60,116 bases of DNA from assembly GCF_011745625.1 (NCBI RefSeq), contig NW_027191481.1, forward strand, positions 248,001 to 308,116, given 5' to 3'. The notes beneath the pieces are model-generated. The model was not told the origin of the DNA. It did no database searches and saw only the letters and a program-made list of their open reading frames with translations. This DNA is from Cladosporium halotolerans (Eukaryota). Numbering within the stretch: position 1 is the stretch's first letter; the number at the start of each line of letters is the position of its first letter. Positions 47,880 to 60,116 of this stretch are shown here, one piece after another. The position numbers and the translations under genes were made by a program.

Positions 47880-50002
47880 TCAACTATGTTCAACATTCTT
47901 GCGGGCAATCATAGCTCGCCACTAGATAGATGATTAACAAAAGCTACTTTTCTTCTCTCGACGAACCACGGAAATCATACCTTCGGGTTAAAGAAGTAGA
48001 TAGGAATACCGAGAACATAAATGCCTGTGAAGACACCAAAGAGCTACAAGCGTCGTGTAAGCGTCACGAATTGCCTCGGGGGAGCAGTGGACGACTCACC
48101 AGCATGTAGGCGGTCAGATAGTTCCAAGTATGAACCATGGGGAGAATACCATAGGTAGCGCCTAGACTATCATCAGTTCTGGATCAGCTTGAAGCAGTGA
48201 CAGGTACGCCTTACCAAAGGATACGATGTTCTTCATACCAACCACAAGTACGAGTGCTGGGCCTGGGTTGCTCGGGTAGGCTTCAGATGCGAAATGAGTT
48301 GATGTAATGATGGAAACGACAAATCCAAACTGCTGCAGTGTCCAGCCTGTACCAAGATTAGCAGCTATAAATGCGAGTGTCCGGGAATGACATACCCATG
48401 ATGATGGCCCAGACACTATAAGACTCGGGCTTGTCCGCAGCCAATGCGTAAATGATGATACCAATCATGCAAACAATGGTGGGCACGATCAAGATGACGA
48501 GCGAGTCTTCAGGTATGTGGGTGCCATTGCGTCGTTTTGCAAGCCAGACATTGGTCTTATCGCCTAGCCACCCCGACCAGAACATTGCGATCAGTGCAAT
48601 GGGTAGGATGCCACACTAGACATGATGCGATTAGTGTATAGCTACCCGTGACTGAATGGAAGACATACGTTGATAAGTCCGACGGAGCCTTGAGGCCAGC
48701 TATAGCCTCCCGTCAAGATGAGACCATAAGTCAAAGACATGGAAATGCCGACGCCTATTCTATTAGTATTTTGATGTCGTGATTTGCACGAGTAAAGGAC
48801 TCACCCAAAGTGATAGAAGTGGCAAGGATTGCCCAGACGACGGCCGGCGAGCTCAATGACGAGAGGATCTTCCAAACGACACTGATCGCCAACATGAAAC
48901 CGTTCGGAGCGACGGTGCTTACGGGATTGAGAGATTGAACGTATGTCCGCTTGGATTCCGGAGAAGTGACAGCAGGCGCTTCAGTGATGCCATTTGCTCT
49001 TGCCTCTTCTTCAGATATGACAAGAGTGACACCGAACTCGTCAGTGTAGTACATTTGACCTCCTATAGACATCGAAGATCGTGTGTATCGCGTTTCTGGG
49101 AGGCAGAAGAATACCATCATGCATCCAAGGCCGTTGAGAATGGTCATTAGCCAATAGAACCATCTGTGACCAAGTCAGCATTACATTGTAAGATTCATGG
49201 ATTCGTGGTGCAAGATCGATTTACCTCCAGCCAAGGTTCTGAGCGAGATAGCTCACTGTGATAGTGAAGACTGCGTTGACACAGCTTTGTGCGCCCCAAT
49301 AGAATCCGAACAGGAGCCCCCTCTCGTCGATGAAGGAGATATCTGTGATTACAAGAGGAAGTACCTGCTCCGGTTAGCGGCATGCGCGCTGAAGTTTTGC
49401 TCGTTGGTAAACGACTTACCGATTCTGTGGCACCTGCAGCAATGCCTTGTAAGATGCGGCATGCCATATGTGTGTCGTAAGACTGGCACACAGCAGCTCC
49501 GATGGTGGAGCCGAGGAGAAGCAAAGTACAGGCCAGGAGAACTGGGCGGCGACCAAATACAACAGACAAGGGAAGAATTACGAAAGCTCCTGTATCGGCC
49601 AAGGTCACACAAATGCACAGCGCAGAGACTATTTCGCTGTGACTTACCTAGTGCCATTACCAGACTCGGGTATGTTGTCAAGTTCACAACGTCCTGTGTA
49701 CTCATTCCCTGTGGCGTGTACTCCTGCATCCAGAACTCTAGAATAGGTCCAGCACCACCAACAAGCACCAGAGAGAAGATTGAGAACCAACAGCAGGTGA
49801 CCACGATTCCAGCTTTCCGCCATTTGTTCATGTTGAGAGGGTCGTTGGGATCTGAAGATGGCACTGGAATGCGACGCACATTGCCATCGGCATCTACCAG
49901 CTTGACGTCTCCATCGGTTGGTGCTGGTGCACTCGACGGTTTGTCATAGGCGGCCTCGAGGTGCTCGACATCGATATCATGTAATTTCTCAGCCGTGGCC
50001 AT
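47880..50002 (-). CDS. MFS transporter (HOL1/DHA1-like), about nine introns
   Basis: IPVPSSDPNDPLN, LTTYPSLVMALG, FGRRPVLL, RILQGIAAG, FFCLPETRY, HIPEDSL, KNIVSFG; the last exon reads WRAMIARKNVEHS*; GT-AG introns join the ORF fragments. Confidence 0.9.
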
Positions 50003-50602
50003 AATGATTGCCGATAGAAACGTAGAAGGGATAGTTCTGGAGATTCAACGAGAACGTGGAACCCCGTTTAAAAAAGCGATCCTTCGCAATCAGCGGAGTC
50101 GCTAGAGTTAGAGATAGTGATGTTGTCGACGATTATAAGATGTCGATCTATATATGCCTTCAAGTCTTGAATACCAAGAGACTCTGCCGAAAGACAATGT
50201 GGGGAAGGTTTAATCTCGCAGGGAGCTAGTTCGCTCCAATATCGTGCGGCGTGCGAACAGGACGAATACGTTGCCGCGTAATCTATCGTCTATGGCAAGT
50301 GGCAGCATACACTTCCGCGTGGCTGCGTTACCGTGTTCGAACCTCTTGCGGAAGGGGTGGGGGTTGCTGTCGGGACCACCTCAATGACAAGGAACCTCTC
50401 CCACAGGACTCTTCCCCACCCCGACCGTGTTCCGTCTTGAGGATTCGCGCCGCTGGGGCGCGCATGTCGACCACGGTATTACTTTTATCCAGATATACCG
50501 ATACTTTCGTCCAGACATACCGCCGTGTGTTTGCTCTAGCTATCTTGTTGCAACCAAGCCACCAGAATCTCGATCCCCACGAGTAGACATTCAATTGCAG
50601 CC

Positions 50603-52782
50603 ATGGGCTGTCCGTTCCAAAATCCACGTGCCCTTTTCGCAGACCTCGCAACGATACGAGCAATTCCAGGATTTCCTTTCTCCGAACATTTTCAAGCTCA
50701 CGTGGTATCGAGATACGACGACATAGTCGAGGTGCTCGAGCGACCGGACGTCTTTTCATCGAAGCCAACAGTTCCCGAAACGCCGCCATTCGTCAAAGAG
50801 ATCTTCGCCGGCAAGGTTCCTGATGGATCCACCTTGCTCAACTGGGACAACCCAGACCATGATCGATTGCGTCGATCGGTGGCTTCATTCTTTGTGCCAA
50901 GGAGATTGCAGCGCTTCGAAGCTACCATCGTACATGAGGCAAACAAGCTTGTAGATGGGTTTGTGAGTAGCGGCCATTGTGATTTGAAAGCCAACTTCGC
51001 CCTACCACTACCGCTGAAGATCATTGCAACGGTGGCCTAGACCCGGCCAGATGGGAATGGATAGGGCGCTCACTCGCTCTTTTCGGTGGACACGCAGCGT
51101 TGCGCACTGGGACAACTGAGGAGCAGATTCAGGGCATCCTGGATCTTCACGAATATATTGCTGAGCTCATACAAGAACGGAAAACAGACCGCCGTGACGA
51201 CCTCATCAGTCACATTTGGAACGAGCGGGACGACAAAGTCGTCAAGATGACGGACATGGATCATCTCATGATGATCCCAGGCTTGTTACTTGCTGGCCAT
51301 GAGACCACAACTAATTTTCTTTGTATGTCCATGTCTCACCTACTCGCCAACGGGATGTGGCGGGAGGCCACCCAAGACGATGATACCTGCAAGATAGCTC
51401 TCGAAGAGCTCCTCCGATTCGAGTCGGCCATTACTGGTATGCGCAGAGTCGCGACGACCGACACGTTCATAGCTGGCCAACCGATCAGAGCAGGCGCGCC
51501 TCTTTTTGTCGCATACAACTCGGGGAGTCGCGATCCTACCGTGTTTGATGAGCCAGACACGATCGATCTTCGCCGCGCCTCGAAGCTGCAACATCTAGCT
51601 TTCGGAAAAGGCATTCATGCATGCCTAGGAGCTCCATTGGCGCGCCTACTGGTGCGACTAGAGATGCGCGTTCTGGCAGATCGGCTTCCCGGACTTCAAC
51701 TTCTCACCTCATACTCTAAGACTGAATATATCCACGTGCACGAGGGGCGTGGTCTAGAGGAACTGCACGTCTCATGGGAGCCACAACAACTTCAATCCGA
51801 CAGGCAGTCTCCTGTAATCTCGAGAAATCTGACAGCTAGCGCTGAATCAGAAATCTCTCTCCACATTGCTGAAAAGAAGAAAGTAGCCGACAACGTTGTA
51901 CAATTCACCCTCGAAGCAGAAAAAGGTAAGGCACTACCGTCATGGGAGCCTGGTGCGCACATCGACATTAGCATCGGAGACTTGGGCTACCGTCAATACT
52001 CACTCTGCCATGACACGCAAGAAGTCGATCGCTGGCGCATTGGAATTTTGCGTGACTCCGGTGGCCTGGGAGGGTCACAGTACTTGCATGAGGCGATTAA
52101 GGAAGGCGATCACATCAGAGTGCGAGGGCCGCGAAACCATTTCCAGCTTCAGCCTTCCACGCGATATCTGTTCGTCGCAGGCGGTATCGGTATCACTCCG
52201 ATCACCTCGATGATCAAAGCAGCGGAAAAGGCCCAGGCGCAGTACAAAGCCATATACCTTGGCACGGCAAGGTCATCCATGGCATACTGCGACGAGCTTT
52301 CCAAAAACCCTCAAGTTACGATCTGGGCAAAAGACGAGAAGGGTCCGTTCGATGTTCAGACTTTGGCGAGGGAGAACTCGCAAGGACTGAAAATCTACTG
52401 CTGTGGTCCTGAGCGGCTCATCACCGCGGTGGAAGCAGCTTGTACTGCGTTTCCATTAGGAACACTCAACGTGGAATATTTCGCCGCGAAGGACCGCTCT
52501 AACCTCGAGGATGGGCCTTTCCAGGTTGAGCTGGCGCGGAGCAAGCGAGTCTTGGATGTGCCCAAGGATCAGACACTCCTCCAAGTTCTCAACGCCAACG
52601 GAGCGGGTATCCTTTCGACATGCTCGAGAGGCACATGTGGAACGTGCGAAGTCAGTGTGCTTTCGGGCATTCCTGAGCACAGGGATACTGTGTTGACGCC
52701 TTCAGAAAAATTAGAAGGCAAAACGATGATGCCTTGTGTGTCGCGATGTGCAACAGGTTTACTGTCGCTGGACCTCTGGTAG
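50603..52782 (+). pseudogene. Self-sufficient cytochrome P450 fused to a phthalate-dioxygenase-reductase-like FMN/NAD domain and 2Fe-2S ferredoxin (class VII / CYP116B-like architecture); single frameshift near 51031-51040 (pseudogene or sequence error)
   Basis: ORF1: VVSRYDDI, DNPDHDRLR, FALPLP. ORF2: LLAGHETT, EELLR, HLAFGKGIHACLG, GAHID, RQYSLC, GPRNHF, AGGIGITP, YCCGP, CSRGTCGTC..C. The two ORFs are in different frames with no plausible intron between them. Confidence 0.85.
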
Positions 52783-53355
52783 AACTCTACCTTGTGTTGA
52801 ATTGTGCTGATACTACCCCAACATGAATGTCTCCCCGTGAGTCAAGCACTTCAAAAGCCGAAGCCAAGTTCGCTAAGGTGACTAGCAAGTCGACTATTTT
52901 GCGGCTGAGATGCTCGTCGCAGCCGAACCAGCCTCCACTTCCATGGCACAAGCCCCTAGTCCCCACAAAGTTCTCGTTCTTGCCGTCATTAGGATTCACA
53001 CGATACACACGTGTCGACTGTGCGCAAGAAGCGAGCACCAAGTGTCCGCAGAAGGGATTGTCGGTGTGTGCCTGACAGGCTTGTTTGATAATGACCAGCA
53101 ATCAGCTTTCCTTTTATGGCATGACATGCCTCAAGAGCAGAGTCATGGCGCAGGCGCGAAGGAATGTCGAACTTCGTGTTCGCAAGCTCTCTTGATGGAA
53201 GAATCCGAAAGCAACATCGTAGGTGCGACTGCAGGGAAACTAGGGCGCCTGAGAGAAACATAAGAAACCCAACGGCTACCTGTCGTTTCCTCGTCAAAGC
53301 AACAGCAAACACCAAACACTACAACCACCGACCCATTGTTCCCAATCGATCCACC

Positions 53356-53856
53356 ATGCCTTCCATCAAAAGCGCCTTCTTCGCCCTCGCAGCCGCCGCG
53401 GTGACTGTGCAAGCCGAGCACCTCAGAGTCGTCTGGTCCGCCGGAAGTTTCAGCACCATCCCCGGACCATCAGGTGGAAGCGAGTCTGGCCATTACTCTG
53501 GCTTTGCGATCATCCGCGACGACGGCGAAGCCATCTACGATGAGGGGTACCCCTACGGCTACAGCCCTTGCTTCAACACCGGCGGCGGCCGCGAATTTGC
53601 CATTGAGGGGGATTGTTGGGACAGTCAGTTCAGATTCCACTGCGAAGCTGACTTCGGAGGGTCGCCAGAGTCTTGTGCTGTCAAGGATGCCAGTGGAAAT
53701 GTTCTCGGAGAGGGGACTGGGCAGTCCGATATTGACTTCATTGGCATCGCTATCGGCATCGACGCTTCCTGTGTGGTTGAGTTCGAGTCTGATGGAGGCG
53801 GCTGCCCCGTTGACAATGGCAATGGCCCGTTGCATGCCACAGGAAAGTCGGTCTAA
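53356..53856 (+). CDS. Small secreted cysteine-containing protein (166 aa, effector-like)
   Basis: CCACC-ATG context, signal peptide MPSIKSAFFALAAAAVTVQA, six Cys, Gly-rich and acidic, intronless. Confidence 0.85.
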   Translation: MPSIKSAFFALAAAAVTVQAEHLRVVWSAGSFSTIPGPSGGSESGHYSGFAIIRDDGEAIYDEGYPYGYSPCFNTGGGREFAIEGDCWDSQFRFHCEADFGGSPESCAVKDASGNVLGEGTGQSDIDFIGIAIGIDASCVVEFESDGGGCPVDNGNGPLHATGKSV

Positions 53857-54583
53857 TCGTGGTCTCGGTCTTGTCTGCCAGACATTGAATAGCTCGGAGG
53901 ATCTCGAATCACTGACCAGTGGCTTCACGATGTCTGTTACTCAGAATGCTGCGTGGAGGCTCGGGGGACTCTTCCAACAGGATACATCATACGACAACAA
54001 CACTCTTTTGATTCTCACCTTGGTCCACCGACGCTATTACCCAAGGGCCTTTATTAGTCGTATGCGATATTGCTTTCTCTACCATTCGAACACCCTGCAG
54101 CTTTTGATATCAAGTACAGTTGAACGCTATAAGATTTCCGCCCAGAAGCATGCGAACCTGTAGATATCATCTGCGAGGAGCACACTAGGAGTAATTTGGC
54201 ATCTCGCCCTGGCTAGCAGTCTTTGCGCGCATCCCCCCGGGTTACACGAGTTCTTGTCTCCGTATTCTATGCGAGGATATTCGTCGTGACTGAAGCAATC
54301 ATGACTGCGATGACAGGAAGTAAGCTTATCAGACAACCCTCGAGCCAGATTGTGACAGGATGCTTCATGCTCGCGATATGCAATAATGCTCTGCGGATCA
54401 AACTCCACATCGAATAGTCTAATGCTCGGGCTGGAAGAAAAGGTGTTTGATGTGAGAAAGGGAGTCAAAATAGCAGATCATGGTAAAGAACGTGTGTGTT
54501 CACAGGCACGTCGTCTGAACTATGTGTGTTTGTTTCTAACAAAATCAAAGCCCTAAGAGAAGCACGACTTCCTTCCTCCGCCG

Positions 54584-55448
54584 TCACTCGAGTTTGTTTT
54601 TCGTTGCGAAGAAAATCTTCACGTAGAGAAAAGGGTAAATCGTTTCGGGAATCAAGGTCAGGATGATGATTCCGATGCTCCATGACGACCCGACGTATTC
54701 CCAGTTCTGTGGGACATTCCAGTAACGCCAGAAGAACACGCCGTACGCAGTGTAGCATCCAATATACCTTGTCAACCTATGGATATTGTGAGCATGATGA
54801 CATAACAATGATAATCCGCTCAAACACTTACCACATCTCGAGAGAATGCCCTTTCAAGCTCTGATCTTGCCACAATGAGATAAGACACGCCCATCCGATG
54901 GGGAACTGAAGTAGTATCCCTGTCCAGTACGCAGTGAATTGCTCACGAGGGTCTGGGTAGAACCTCGTTAAAGCTTCGAGGCCGCCTAAACCAAGAAGAA
55001 AAAGGCCAACCATATTGCGCGTATACTTGCGTCGTTGATCAGGAGTGTAGACTCGCTTCATTATGACATATGCCAGAGCGAAGTCCAGCTCAACCCATGC
55101 GAGGAAGCATAGACGTTCAAGATTGGTTGTGGTGGTCTTGAGAGCGTAGAATACTTCGTACGCCATTGTCCAGGAACTAACGAACGGATACATAAGCACT
55201 CTTCTCGGTGATTACGAAGAATCTCCAACGTACAGAAATTGGACACTGCCAAATCTGGCAAATGGCAGAGTCCTGTCACCATAAACGCGAAAAAGAATGA
55301 ATAGATAGCAGAGCGCGTATATCACTCCGCATGAGATTATCAGGCCATCCTGAACAAACAGGTAAGATTCTGGAGGATTGAGCTTGAGGTCTGACGGTTG
55401 GACAATAAGATGCCCAACCTTGTTGGCCAGAGCGAAATTTTCCGACAT
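54584..55448 (-). CDS. PaxB/Pyr4-family integral membrane terpene cyclase-like protein; exons 55448-55234, 55176-54832, 54776-54584
   Basis: Spliced ~250 aa protein with about seven TM segments: YALCY..YGDRT, SWTMAYEVFY, WVELD, TAYWTG, GHSLEMWLTRYIG, IPETIYP; canonical introns. Confidence 0.78.
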
Positions 55449-57368
55449 GGTATGCCGTGTAAACGCGATCGACGAGAATGTTGAAGTAGTTCTCAGCACC
55501 TACAAGCATCCCGGTCCGGTACGTGCAATAAATACCTTGTCCCGGCATTCACCGGAGATCCACGTGGAGCCGATGACGTTCTGTGCCGCGGAAACCACTC
55601 CGACATCTCCGACTTTCGATCCATGATCACAGTTTGCTTGGCATGCTGAGAGGTCGGCGTCATCTCAAGGCGAGGTGACTGAGTTGATGGGCCTTGTATT
55701 CAGCTGTGAATGGAGCTGCGAGGATCAAAAGCCTGATGGCTGCTTCGAAAGTTTTGCATTCAAAATTCTGAATGGCGTGGTCCAGAAAAACATATGTACT
55801 TGCGTACTGCTTCGATGATCCGAGCTCTTTCTTATTGGACAGCACCGCAAAATACCAGGGTACCGCTATATGGCGTACTTGAGGACGAAGAAGCTGCTTT
55901 TATTGGGTGATTGCTAGGCATGCATGGCTGCTTCTTGTGCCAGAAAATCCTGGAACCACGTGCGCCTCGAAAGATGTACTCCTCAAGCACGTCGAACCCA
56001 CAATCACAATTGTCTACATTCGAAACACCACGTATGTGAGCTGTTTCTGTACTCATAGCTATTCTCGATCATCACTTTCGAGAGCCTCAATTCAAACGAA
56101 ACGCACGAGTACGAAGACAGAAGATCAAGGCGCGAGGATTGTACAAGACCATCCCATTTGCAATGGACTCGGATCCGACCAGGCAGGCTCTCGAACATGC
56201 CATCGACAAGGGTTTGTTTCTGGCTTCGCAGCCCACGCTCGCGACGTAATGACATATGCTTAGTGACTACCTGCAGGGATGTTGCCAACATCGAGGCGTG
56301 AAAGATCCGAACCAGCAAGAGCATCATCTTTCGAGGTCTAAAGTATAAGGATCTGGAGGGCATCACAGAAATATTCATCTAGTATCCCAAAATGAACGCT
56401 GGTAAGGTCAGTGGGGATCATCTCGCGTTTCTACTGCTCTAGACTCACCAGCCAATACCTTCACCATTTACTCAGCGAGCGGAGCCTCCGCAACATCGCT
56501 TGCAGTCTTGGAGGGTCGCGATGGATCATGCGATGCTCATTGGAGAAGGTTCAGGGGCTCTTCAACGCGTGCAATCCAGCTCCATCTCGCCTGCGTTATC
56601 CACAGTGGTTGAGCTGTAGTTGACACAAGAAAGGCAATGGCCGATGCACATGCAGAGTAAGCTGAGCAGATTTAACGTCGGCGCATAGAATCAGCCTCAG
56701 CCTTGGATGATCTGTCGAAACCCTAATAAGGCTTCCGCAAAGCACTGATCATCCGGAAGATGCGAGATCCGTCCTACACTGCGGCGACGTATACTGTGAC
56801 CAGGAGCCTCACGTAAGGCTGAAGATAGAGAGTGCTGAAGTCCGAGCGCATCGTCACTATTCCGCCCTTCCCTTGTTGTCGACGTGTCTGGTTGCAAGCA
56901 GTCCGGTCACCAGTATGTCCCGGAGTATGGTGGCAGTGGCGGGCCTTGTGGGAAGCGCATGGCACCAACATCATTGCAGGCTCCTTCCTCATCTGCTCTC
57001 GTGTATTCGCTTTGGTTGAACTAGCTCCAGGCCTGGGCGTGCGCGCCTTGCAGCACATGATGGCGCCGCCTGCAATGGCTTGCAGGATTGATGGGGCATT
57101 TGCGGAGAAGTGGGTAGGTGGACTCACACTGGCTCCTGGGAAATTGCTTGAGCGCTGGTTGCTCGGCTCGGCGACGCCCACATGGGGTATGGCCCCGCGC
57201 GCGCCGTTCCTTACTTGAAGATGGTCGGTCCGAGTATAACATCTCGCTTGTCGATAGTACTCAACTCTAAAGAACCTCGCTTATTGGCCTCACAGACGCA
57301 GCACCTTGCGATCTCATGTGAAAATGCCGCAACAGCATGACCGCAGCTCGAAGTCGACGACATGTACA

Positions 57369-57376
57369 TATAAATA
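57369..57376 (+). promoter_or_regulatory. TATA box of the glucoamylase gene
   Basis: TATAAATA about 85 nt upstream of the ATG at 57458. Confidence 0.6.
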
Positions 57377-57439
57377 AGACGGGAGACATCTCTCACAAAC
57401 GCTGTCCTTTTCCACAGCACAGCGCTCAGCTCCGTTTGA

Positions 57440-59467
<2,028 letters not shown>

Positions 59468-59651
59468 TCGCGCACTGCATCTACCGATTACACCAACTCC
59501 GCTGTGACAACTTGAAAATGACAGTCTAGCTAGCATCATGACTAGACCGGAAAATGCATCGAAGTATCGTCCAATTAACACCCTTAAAGTGATCCTTGAT
59601 TCCTCCGTCATATTCCTGAGCTAAGAACCCTGAACCCAACGCTTCAAAAGT

Positions 59652-60011
59652 CTATGGATTCCAAGCATCAATGGCGCGGACTCCACTAAGAACATCCGGC
59701 AAGCCTTTTTCTCTCACCAGAAGAACGTCTTCATGCCTAACGCCGAACTGATCAACAAGATACACACCTGGCTCGCTAGTGAAAGCCATGCCAGCTCTCA
59801 AAGGCGTCTTTTTGTTACCCTTGTTGAGGTAAGGGCTCTCATGAGCCTTGATCCCAATACCATGCCCGACCCTGTGAGTGAAGGCATCGCCGTAGCCCGC
59901 TTTTTCAATAACTCCACGCGCTGAAAGGTCCACATCCGCAGCGGTGTGGCCCAGCGTCAGAGCCGACAAGGACTGCGTCTGCGCTTCGAATACAACGTCC
60001 CAGACCTTCAG
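59652..60011 (-). CDS. 3' part of an Xaa-Pro peptidase (M24 family), truncated by the window end
   Basis: LKVWDVVFEAQ..AADVDLSAR..FTHRVGHGIGIKAHESPYL..FTSEPGVY..FGVRHED. Confidence 0.9.
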   Translation of the reverse strand: MKVWDVVFEAQTQSLSALTLGHTAADVDLSARGVIEKAGYGDAFTHRVGHGIGIKAHESPYLNKGNKKTPLRAGMAFTSEPGVYLVDQFGVRHEDVLLVREKGLPDVLSGVRAIDAWNP

Positions 60012-60116
60012 CTTGTGCAGAGGTGTGCATAATCAATCAATTCAAGTTTCAGGGCCCTGACTTGATTGATTGCCAAGGATTTTTCAGATTGATTGATTGC
60101 TTACTTCACATCGACC

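Noticed and set aside
51032..51050. Micro-intron or programmed frameshift rescuing the P450
   Set aside because: The GT..AG spans of 9 and 19 nt are too short and do not restore the frame; no slippery heptamer is present.
52787..53101. 104-aa minus-strand ORF after the P450
   Set aside because: Non-ATG start and no recognisable family; cannot be supported without a BLASTx hit.

Overview
Eukaryotic fungal genomic DNA. It has GT-AG introns with CTRAC/CTAAC branch sites and looks like a Pezizomycotina, probably Dothideomycete/Capnodiales-like (taxon is inference). About 26 protein genes can be supported. From 5.7 to 47 kb it is mostly conserved core genes: quinone oxidoreductase, bli-3, EMP70/TM9SF, Asl1/GH128-like, GPR1/FUN34/YaaH transporter, APN1, AIP1, DIM1, TAF12, a WW protein, a germin/spherulin cupin, COP1, a MOSC protein, a patatin-like protein, HEM14 and three hypotheticals. 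Two stretches look accessory. The first (1.6-5.3 kb) has an intronless membrane protein and a divergent choline-kinase-like gene, followed by a short TTAGGG tract. The second (47.9-57 kb) holds an MFS transporter divergently paired with an intronless, bacterial class VII-type self-sufficient P450 (P450 + FMN/NAD reductase + 2Fe-2S) broken by one frameshift, then a small secreted Cys protein, an orphan PaxB/Pyr4-type membrane terpene cyclase and a possibly decayed gene. A glucoamylase and a truncated M24 peptidase end the window. No tRNA, rRNA, CRISPR or recognisable transposon was found. Exon boundaries were read by eye, and family names come from motif recognition, not database searches.
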